This document shows, in pieces, positions 7,852 to 17,200 of a stretch of 64,000 bases of DNA. The notes under the pieces are model-generated. The model was not told where the DNA came from. It did no database searches and saw only the letters and a list, made by a program, of their open reading frames with translations. The position numbers were made by a program, and so were the translations under genes. Location: positions 8,841 through 72,840 of the IMG/VR virus record IMGVR_UViG_3300038620_000086, one strand, 5' to 3'. The DNA is from a virus. Position 1 is the first letter of the stretch, and each line of letters opens with the position of its first letter.

Positions 7852-9666
7852 CTACAAACTAGATCGGATATATTCAATAAATTCAACCGCCTTATCTTTC
7901 TGATCGGCTTGTGTAACAGTAAAAGAAACAGAGGTGTCAGAAGGCATTGTCTCCGTCTCATCGGGAAGAAAATAATCCTGAGGGTTATTCTCTAACTCCT
8001 CACGAAGCCATCTTAAAGCTTCTTTATACCATTTGGGGTCAAGCCCAAACGTTTCATTAACCTCCTTTAGCTCATCTAAGAACAGCTTATCAAGAAGACC
8101 GGTGTCATTGGCAACAAGTCCATAAGTTAAGTACCGAACATAATATTCGATATCACGGATACATTTACTTATCTGCGTTCCATTGTAGGAAAAAGGTTCT
8201 CTTTGGAACGGACTGTCTTCAGGCGGACGGTTGTCAGGAATCATGACAGTCTCATATCCCTCCGTCTTCTTAACTGCTTGTCCTCCTTTATCTGACTCTA
8301 GTATTTGGAGGATCATATCTAAATAGACGTGGACGGCACTAACTACATCCATACAACTATCAGCCGCAGGAGTGATGTCATATTTAGACAGGTCGATGGG
8401 AGAATTGTCTATTATGGCATCTCCCTGAATAACCTTAACTAAACGACTACGAAAGCCTTCTTTACCATCTCCTCCGTTAAAGGCTTTTTTATAGTTCTCG
8501 ACTATCTCCTCGTAACTTGGAGTACCACTCTTATTAGCTTGGTCAAGCAAAGCCTGTCTAGATTGAACCGCATAGTCATGAACTCTATCATTGCCGGTAT
8601 GTTTTAGATTGTAGGCGATCGCGTCTAGGAAAAACTTAAGATCCCGCGGGTACCTAGAAGGGTCATAAGTGGAGGTATCAGAGGTGACGACTGGAGGAGT
8701 CGCTATCCAACCTTTTAGCCCTACGTTACCGTTTCCATCATCGTAAGTGTTACTATCACTTTCGGTTATTAACTTGGCTGCATCAGCTAAACGACCTTCA
8801 CCAATGCCCTGGTCTCCATAAGGATTAGAACGTCTGGCTAAACTTCCTGCCCCTTTGTCTATAACGTCTAATATGAGATCAAGAAAAGTATCAGCAGTAG
8901 CTATAACACTTACGAAGCGGTCACCATAGGTTATATCTGGATCCTGCTTAGCCGATCCGTCTAAGACCATACGAAGGCGGTCACGGACTCCCTCATCTGT
9001 ATTCGATCCATTGCTCGTTCCGTTAATGGCAAGCTCATAGTTAATAACAATCGTTGAAAAGCTAGGACCGCTCTCATTACTTTGTTTCTGCAACGCATTT
9101 CTAGAGATCATGGCATAGTCATAAACTTGACTATTCCCACCCTCTACGATGTTGTACGCGATCGCTTCCAAGAAGAATTCAATGTCGCGGATACACTTCT
9201 CTTGGATGCTTGAGAGGTCATCTCTATTAACAACTGAGGGAGCACTGGCAATCCAGTTCTTATTGGTCAGAATGAGATTCCGAGCATCTTCTTTTCGATT
9301 GCGATGCTTATCTCCTACAAGCTCATAGAATCCGACTTTTCTGGGTTCATCAGGACGATCAAACTGAACACCAAAGATTTCTTGTCCACCGTAGTAAGGG
9401 TTTCCAGAAAGGGTTCTTGGAAAAGTAGAGTAAACACTGTTAGTTGCCTGCTCTACTAAATGGCTACTATGATTTGATATTGATTCAGCAGCCATAAGAG
9501 CAGCTAACCCATCTTTATAAGACCATTGGTCGTTAGCGGTGGGATCACTTGAGGAAGAGGACGAGTTGAACCGTTTGTTGGCAGTTATTAGATCATCATC
9601 CCTTATCTCTCTTAAATTTTGGCTATCGATTAATAGCGCTACTTCAGTAAGCTTTGATAAAGTCAT
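7852..9666 (-). CDS. Phycocyanin alpha (CpcA)-like protein split by two internal phycobiliprotein-like repeats (604 aa)
   Basis: N-term SKLTEVALLIDSQ...AALMAAESISNHSSHLVEQATNSVYSTFP aligns with CpcA TPLTEAVAAADSQ...ASLEAAKAL...LVNGAAQAVYNKFP. C-term SKCIRDIEYYVRYLTYGLVANDTGLLDKLFLDELKEVNETFGLDPKWYKEALRWL...AVEFIEYIRSSL aligns with CpcA [54 protein letters not shown]...EANSYLDYAINAL. C502 equals alpha-Cys84. Confidence 0.85.
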   Translation of the reverse strand: MTLSKLTEVALLIDSQNLREIRDDDLITANKRFNSSSSSSDPTANDQWSYKDGLAALMAAESISNHSSHLVEQATNSVYSTFPRTLSGNPYYGGQEIFGVQFDRPDEPRKVGFYELVGDKHRNRKEDARNLILTNKNWIASAPSVVNRDDLSSIQEKCIRDIEFFLEAIAYNIVEGGNSQVYDYAMISRNALQKQSNESGPSFSTIVINYELAINGTSNGSNTDEGVRDRLRMVLDGSAKQDPDITYGDRFVSVIATADTFLDLILDVIDKGAGSLARRSNPYGDQGIGEGRLADAAKLITESDSNTYDDGNGNVGLKGWIATPPVVTSDTSTYDPSRYPRDLKFFLDAIAYNLKHTGNDRVHDYAVQSRQALLDQANKSGTPSYEEIVENYKKAFNGGDGKEGFRSRLVKVIQGDAIIDNSPIDLSKYDITPAADSCMDVVSAVHVYLDMILQILESDKGGQAVKKTEGYETVMIPDNRPPEDSPFQREPFSYNGTQISKCIRDIEYYVRYLTYGLVANDTGLLDKLFLDELKEVNETFGLDPKWYKEALRWLREELENNPQDYFLPDETETMPSDTSVSFTVTQADQKDKAVEFIEYIRSSL

Positions 9667-10262
9667 ACTCCGTCTCGGGCAATGTCAAAGTAGGTTTTCA
9701 ACTCTGAATAGAGATCAGAACAGTTGGGAAGAGAGCCACCATATTCACTAGCAGGACTAACTGACCATTTATAAGGATCCTCCCAACCGCTAGGATTGTC
9801 TCCTTTTTCGTGGTCAAGGTATTTTATTGCTTCCTCCCACATATTCTCTACACTCTCTGCTACATACTCTCTTGGGGTTCCCAAAGATTTATAGGTTTCT
9901 TTTAAGCCGTCAAGACATCTAATGGTCAAGATACTGGGATCTCCGCACAGAAAGCTAAGGGTAACATACTTCAAGAGAAAGTCCATATCCCGAATACAAG
10001 CTTGATTACGCCGGTTCGGGTAGGCATTTCCTCCTGGTAGCACTAAATGAGGACGGTCTCTAAATAGCTTTCTAGCTGCATTTAAGACAATGTCATCAGT
10101 CTTATCCCTTAACCGACGAACAATATCAAATCGGCGGTTTTTCTCCCTCATAATCTCTTTAAGCTTAGAAAAGACTTCAGGCTTTATGTACTGCCCCCTC
10201 TGGTCAGCTTGCATAACAGCCCTCGTATAAGCATCATGAATAAAATCTCTAGGTTCAGACAT
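9663..10262 (-). CDS. cpcB: Phycocyanin beta (CpcB)-like phycobiliprotein (199 aa)
   Basis: DAYTRAVMQADQRG, IVLNAARKLF, PGGNAYPNRRNQACIRDMDFLLKYVT, GDPSILTIRCLDGLKETYKSLGTP and NCSDLYSELKTYFD are collinear with CpcB. N79 (methylated beta-Asn72), C89 (beta-Cys82/84) and C181 (beta-Cys153/155) are retained. Confidence 0.9.
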   Translation of the reverse strand: MSEPRDFIHDAYTRAVMQADQRGQYIKPEVFSKLKEIMREKNRRFDIVRRLRDKTDDIVLNAARKLFRDRPHLVLPGGNAYPNRRNQACIRDMDFLLKYVTLSFLCGDPSILTIRCLDGLKETYKSLGTPREYVAESVENMWEEAIKYLDHEKGDNPSGWEDPYKWSVSPASEYGGSLPNCSDLYSELKTYFDIARDGV

Positions 10263-10989
10263 TTATTCTAAAACTCCCTTCCTGTAGCTGTTGTTCAAAC
10301 ATTTTCTTGACTTCCTCAGGTAAGTCACAACGTTGGGAAAGATCATCCAGGCTTTCATAATCTCCTTTTTCCCTCTCCTCTATAATTCGGGCAGCCAACG
10401 TTGAGTCTACGTTTGGGAAACGATCATAGCTTAGTTGAGCAGAATCCACGAGGTTCAGAGTCGCAACACTATATTTTCGGTTCCAGAACTCTTCATAGGA
10501 TATTTCAGGGGCTAACAGTGACATCAACTGCCTAAGAGGAACTTTCCTTGAACTAAGTATCAAAGAACTAGCCTTTTCTCTATCAGCGGGGTCAGGAATT
10601 ATCTCGGTAAATCGCTGCCAATATCCCACAATAGCTTTCAACAGGTCATATGAATTTTTATAGGGATATGTTCCATCCCAGCGTTGGTAGTTTTGAAGAT
10701 TCTTAGAAGAAAACTGACTCTTCACTAAGTTCCTATCGTCAGAATCCAGATTGTATAAAGCCCCTTTTGCTTTGAAAATGAGCTTAGTTACCCAACAAAC
10801 TGATCGGTGAGCAGACTCTGGAAAGTAGATGCACCAACCATAAGAAGACTCGTCTAGAAGGTGGGGAAAATAGCCAAATACCTTTTTAGAACGAACTCCT
10901 TGGTCAAAAGGCTCTGGGAAGGTTATTCTAAGGCATTCTTGGTTCAGTAAAGATGCCGTCTTTCCATCAGGTACAACATAATATAACAT
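10255..10989 (-). CDS. Hypothetical protein with C-terminal helix-hairpin-helix (ComEA/PsbU-like fold) domain
   Basis: LNL...FPNVDSTLAARIIEEREKGDYESLDDL matches the HHH_3/ComEA pattern; overlaps the cpcB-like start by 8 nt. Confidence 0.6.
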   Translation of the reverse strand: MLYYVVPDGKTASLLNQECLRITFPEPFDQGVRSKKVFGYFPHLLDESSYGWCIYFPESAHRSVCWVTKLIFKAKGALYNLDSDDRNLVKSQFSSKNLQNYQRWDGTYPYKNSYDLLKAIVGYWQRFTEIIPDPADREKASSLILSSRKVPLRQLMSLLAPEISYEEFWNRKYSVATLNLVDSAQLSYDRFPNVDSTLAARIIEEREKGDYESLDDLSQRCDLPEEVKKMFEQQLQEGSFRINV

Positions 10990-10992
10990 AAG

Positions 10993-11205
10993 CTACTGGA
11001 CTACTTTAACAACGCCGTTGGAGTCCTGATACCAATCACCGGGGACTAATCCACCCGTTTTAGCCGCAGAGTCATCAGCGTATTGAGGAAGGCTAAGACT
11101 AATTGGACTGCCATCCTCAATTTCTTGTAATCCCTCTACACTACCATCATCGCTGAGCTTTATTGTGATTAGCCGCATTGTACTACTGGGATTGAATGGG
11201 TCCAA
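10993..11205 (-). CDS. Small virion protein (70 aa) with fibre-tip-like motif
   Basis: LPQYADDSAAKTGGLVPGDWYQDSNGVVKVV resembles a motif common at phage fibre C-termini; fills the gap between two genes. Confidence 0.55.
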   Translation of the reverse strand: MDPFNPSSTMRLITIKLSDDGSVEGLQEIEDGSPISLSLPQYADDSAAKTGGLVPGDWYQDSNGVVKVVQ

Positions 11206-14200
11206 TGTCTATTCTACCGTTTGTAAGTCGGCTGTTACCAATCATATCCTTCTGTAGAACTTCAGGATCTATGTCGAACTGGTTAGAATTGGACACTCCA
11301 CCGTGGATCCCATCGATGTAAGAATATACATCACCTGGTATAAGATTAGGATCACCAGACTCGATCAAGGGACTTTCTTCTTTCGGCTTGAGAATATTAC
11401 CATACTGAGACCCACCGGAAAATAGGTAATAGCTTTTATCTTCTTTCTCTATAGAAATTGTTTCTTCCTCTAAAAGACTAGAAAGGTTACCGACTTCAAT
11501 AGGAGAGACTGGAGTTTCAATAGTGGGATCTCCACGTTCGTACACAAACTCTGTAGACATATTATCATCCTCCTCGTAAAAGTTAGGAGCAATTAATCTC
11601 ACAGTCTCATCCGAACTTAATTGAAGATTCTGGCTAGTTGCTGTATTTCCGATATAGAAAGTATGTCGGTCGGTTCTAAACGTTCCTTTCATCGACTCCG
11701 TACCTGCAAATAAGCAATTGAAGATGAAGTTACTCGAATCACTATCATAATGATGACCTAAAGATACTTTGTTTGGAAATAAACAGTTATAGAGGAAGAG
11801 AGCACAATCGTTAAGTCCCCCGGCAATATCCCCACTCTCAATGTAAGAGTTGATTAGAATTAAATAGGATCTAGATCCTACAAAAAACCCTGCATTACGC
11901 CTGCCACCAATACTATCAGGTATTCGACAATTTATTAAGACTACAATGCTATCTTCTCCAAAGTTAGTGATTCCTGTTCCTTTACTATAACTACCATCAT
12001 TACTTCTACCCTCTTTAAGAGTAAGGTTTTCGAGGAATAGACTAGACTCTCCTGGAGACGTTCCCCGAAAGATGTGGAAATCTCTAACTTCGGAAGAGCG
12101 CTCAATAGTCGCACCAAACTTTTTAGGTGCAACTATCTTAATTCCTTGTTTTACTTCTATTTCTCTCTCAACTATTATGTGCTCTGCAACAACCAGAATA
12201 GTTGACATATTCTCTGCATTCTCTACAACCTGTTTTAGTTGTCTCCCATTAAAAGCAACGTGATCAAAGTCAATTCCGAGAGCAGAAGCTAGAAGATCCC
12301 TTACTCGAAAATTTCGCCCCATCAACAGAAACTCTGGGACTTGATCAGTAGGAGTTCTAGTGTTTAATCCGTAAAGTTGAGAGAAGTAATCTTGGAGAAA
12401 TAGTGGTTGATTAGGAATTCTATAGTCTGTAGAGAGAATTCCATATATACTTCCTCGGAAGGAAGTACCTACATTAGGGGTAAACTGGTTCTTAACAGAT
12501 TCAGCCCCTCTAGCATCAATTTCATAGCGATCCTTATTAACTATTAGAGCAGGTCGCCTAATATCAGCAGTATCAATGCTAAATAGGTTGTCATTCGGCT
12601 TTGGAAATTCTACTGTTCTTCTCCAAACTCGTTCGTCGTTGAGATGGAGTTTTCTAACTTCACTCGGCCAATAGTCGAATCCAAAACTTGTCGAATCTAG
12701 TATATAAAGCTCATTTGATATAGAAGCTAACTTATAATAGTTACTATCTGGTTTCCTACCATCTTGTGTGCGGACTTTACGCCGAGAACCAAATAATCCA
12801 TAGTCCTCCCAATAACCTTCTTTTTGAGGATTGTCTTTATCAGGTTTGTATTTCTGAAGGATTCCTAGATCCTCTACCTCCGGCGTTCTGTTCACAGAAA
12901 GCCGATAAAGAGATCCGTTATGGAATTCTAAGATCCTACCTCCTAAAGGTTCTTCCCCAATATTAGTTTCTACTTCAGTGAATCCAGATGAAGGGTCTGT
13001 CGAATAGTATAGAAAAGGACTCTGAGGACCCCATTCGACTCCATATCTACCTCTATCTTCTCCGCTTGGCTGTATCCAAAGTTGAGGTTCTCCTTTTTCT
13101 AGTTCGGGAACATCACCAATAGCAAATGATAGGTATTCTACGCCGGTATCATTATTTCTTTCTATAGAGAAGACTTCGTTCTTGTTCTCATCATACAACC
13201 TGTACATCCTCGTATCTGAGTTGTATTGAAGGAAGTAGATATACCCCTTATAGACAACTGCACCAATAATGCCTTTATTGAGATTATCTAGGCTATATAA
13301 CTCCATTAGGTCATGATTGATCCCATTCCACCCTCTTTCATCTCTATCAGCAGTTAGAAGCGCAAATTCTAAGTCATTAGAACGCTTCCATACATAATAT
13401 ATTCTAGTCCCCTCCGTATTTTTAAAGAAGTGATCTCTTACGAGCCAAAATACAACGGGATACTGACCATCTATATCTGGAGTTTGGTCAGCATAATAAA
13501 GTTTAGGATTATAGAGATTGAAATAGTTGTCTACAAACTGCCCATAGTGACTATCTTCTTCTTCCTCATTATCCTCTCCTGGGTAATAGAATATATCAAG
13601 CTTTAGAAGATTTCCTCCCTGGAAGAAAAGCAATCCAGCTTTATCTATATCCCAACGGTAATATCGAACTGCCGCTCCAAAGCTAAATTTAGGTCCTTCA
13701 TTCTGAATAATGGCATCTTGTACGCCTTCATCATGGTTGTAATATTTGATTCTACAGTTAGTTCTATGCTGGTGACTCTCTGTAAAGTACAAGTGACCCT
13801 TCCAGGGAATTAAGTTATTATGTTTGACATGACTAAAGCTACCAGCAGCATTGAATGGAATTTGGACTAGTTGTTCACTATTGTTTTGGCGACTACTTGA
13901 GTTCCATCTCCAAAGCTCTGTATCATAGTTATTATCAACAAGAATATAAATCTCCTCACCATTCCCAGAACCATCCTCAAATACAGTAATATAGTGAGGT
14001 TCTCTATTTCCAGAAAAACTAGCTCTCTGTTGGAAATTAGTACCAGATGGATCATCCATAGAGTATAACCTCTGCTCACTTGCAGAAACAGTCCAAATTT
14101 CATTATCAGAGGTGCGGACAGAAGAAACAGGTCTATCTATATAAGGATGCTCTGGTTGTTCATAATACCAACCTCCAGCATAACCCCCATGCAAAATTCT

Positions 14201-17200
14201 TAACTTATCTTCACTCTCCCCGTAATAAGCTATATATTCCCACTGATTGTTCCTACCCTCTGAGTTAAAGTTATTAGGGTTCACTTCACTGAACCGATAG
14301 ATACCTTTTCCATAGTTTCCGTCACCTTTTTCATCGCTCTTTCCCTGTTCGAGATGTTCATTAAAACTGTCTCCTCCATAATACCGCCACATTTTAATAT
14401 CGGTTTCTTCATCCCAGATGCCTATCCAGCAGTCCTGATTAGCTAAGATGTCAGATATATGTCCCATGCCAGCAGGTTTATTTGCTCTTACAAAGAATCC
14501 TTGACCAATACCCCACTGAGGTGTCGGCATATGATAAAGCTCCTGGGTTGCCCTATCAAGAGCGACCAGTCCTATATCAGCGTGTACGATAACAGGGTCA
14601 AATAGGTCTGTCCCTCGCTCCAAAGCCCAACTTTCTCCATCAGAAGTCGAGAAGATAAACCCATCGTTAGAAGCTGCATAAAGTTTATTGTTAAAACCAC
14701 TTATCTCAAAAGAAGCTACTCGTCTATAGTTACCTCTTGGTAATTCAGATCCTTCTACGGGATATCTTTTGGTTGCCAGGTTTAAGGCTATACTCCAGTG
14801 AATACCGTCAAAATAGAGAACATAGGAAGCAGATTTTATAAGATTATCTTCTTGGTTAGACCCAACAAAAAGAGTGCCCTTAAACTCTTTCAGAGGCTCA
14901 CCGATTTGGTAGGTAGGAACAAATCTGTCTCCAGCAGGTGTATATCCCCGACCCCACCAAGCTTCTTCAGACCAAGCAAAGTAAAGGTCTCCATCATGAT
15001 TATGACATAGTGTATAGAAGATGTAATTGGGGTTTATACCTTTTTCTGTCCTTTCAACGTCTTCTGGGGGATCGATAACTTGTATACGATAAGGATGATC
15101 GACTTCATATCTATCCTTAGTAAACCATTCTGTATCTGTTTTATTATCTATTGCATATACATAGTTACGACCAACAACATATAGTCTTTCATCTTCTTTT
15201 TCACCGGCAGTAGCAAAGTTTATCGGGTATTCTCCAGGAAAAGAATCCTCTGAAAAGTTGTTTTCGTTAAGTTCATAGTCATACCGGAATACCTTGTTGC
15301 TCCAACTGCAAGCTATATGAAGAATCTGAGTTAGTGGTGAAAAGTAAAGACCTCTAGGAGACGAGTTTTCTCCCAGTTGGCTAGAATCAAACTCTACTCT
15401 CCAATCTTCTGGATCCATATCACCGTTACTAGTGATAGCTCCATCATAACGCCATATTTCGTCGCTACCAGAGCAAGAAACAAGCAAATAAGTATTACCG
15501 CCCTCACTTACTTCTACAATTTCAGAGGGCTTATTGCCAACCTGTACAAAACTCCAACCATCAGTTGGATTATACCGACCTACTTCATCAGAGCCTTGAA
15601 AAGTAACATATAAAGATTCAGCACCATTATCTGTAAAAACTATCATTCTATGAGGATGTAGATGATCAGTCCACGTAAAGTCCTTATTTGGTCCCTCAAT
15701 GACAGAAACTTTGTTGCTTCGACTGTAGCAGCAGTAAAGATCCCCATCATACTTCATAAGGTCTAAAGGTCTGTCACCATTATTCTCAGTATGCACTTTC
15801 CATTTCTTTGGAGAGCCTTCATATCGCCAGACCTGACTTTTATCTGCTAAAGTCAGATAGAGTTGCCCATTGTATTTATAGAGGCAAGTTGGTTTGTCCT
15901 TTGTTCCTGTCATAGAGAAGAATCCATTAACTTCTCCTCTCCAAGTAAGCTCTAAAGTTTCATCTTCGTAGTCTAAAGAGTAGGGCTCAGTATCGATTAT
16001 TCTTTGAATAGATCGGTCGGAGTTATCAATATCTAATCCTAGTGTCAACAGGTCTGACCGGAACACACTATTGTCTTGAGCGGGCGGTAAGTTAAATTCC
16101 TTAGAGGTTCCTTGCAGAGGGTCTTGAGGTTGAAGGTAGGTAGTTAGGTCACCAGTCTGGTTTTGTGTAGCGTTGCTCCAACCAGATATACTATCTTCAA
16201 AGGTTTCTTTTAAAAGGAGCCTTTGAGCCCCATCACTAATTTCTAAGTTGTCTATCCCAAACGTTCTTCCGGGGTCAGACTTAATGCTGACTTGAAAGAC
16301 CTGCTGATAGGGGAATTCAATAGATATCCGGTAGTAGTCCTCCTCAACTTTTTCTATGAGCCATTCTTTTTCTCCGAGACTTCCGGAAGATGTAGAAGTG
16401 ATATTTAATAGTTCAGAGTAAATTATGGGGTCACTTCCATCAAGCTCTAGGACAAATCTTGTATCAGCCCAATTTCCCAGAAGATAAACATCAAACTTAA
16501 GTTCAACTGATAACTGAAGATCTAAGGTTTGGGTTTCCTCAAAGTTGATCCGGTTTGTGTCTAAATAGCTAGGTTTTATGTCTTGGTCTTTTTGAGTCAG
16601 GATCGCCGATGATTTTATGTCCTGCCAGCGTTCGATTCCGGAAGTCGATAGAATTACACTGCTAGCTGATGTGGCATTAAACCAGTTTTTAAGTGAATCT
16701 TCAAGGCTGAATAGGTTCCATGATGTATCTATGAAAGCCGAAGATAGATTATCTACACATGACCCGAGGTCTAGTTGGTCAGCACTGGCTGAAAATATAA
16801 CCCTTACCAGTATCCGCTCCTGGTAACAGAGAACAAAGTTCTCCACCTTGGCTACAACTGCTGAAAGCTCTGAGGAGTAATATAAATCCTCTGCTATTCC
16901 ATATTTAGGAGAGATGGTAATGCTGTCGAGTAGCTTTCCATTGTCGAAAATAAGAACCTCATTTCTAAGAAGTTGAGAGCTAATAGAGGGTTTGGTTAAA
17001 CAGTATAAATAGCCGTCCCTCATCGAAACATCTATTCCGATAGGAACACGATCAGCAGCTTTGTTTGTGCCTCCCAAAGACTCAATTGGATAACGGCTAA
17101 TAGGAAACTCTCTAACCAGATTGCCTTTCAGGGAAAATTCCGCGATTGTTTGCCTGGTTAGGTTGGTAGCAACAACAAGTTCTCTGATACTATCATACGC

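Noticed and set aside
7852-10262. Ordinary cyanobacterial chromosomal cpcBA operon or host contamination
   Set aside because: No promoter gap, linker or lyase genes; the genes overlap phage structural genes; the alpha subunit is split and both are highly diverged. Read mapping should still confirm the assembly.
10255-10500. Bona fide psbU gene
   Set aside because: No signal peptide, unrelated N-terminal region, and the core matches ComEA-type HhH at least as well.
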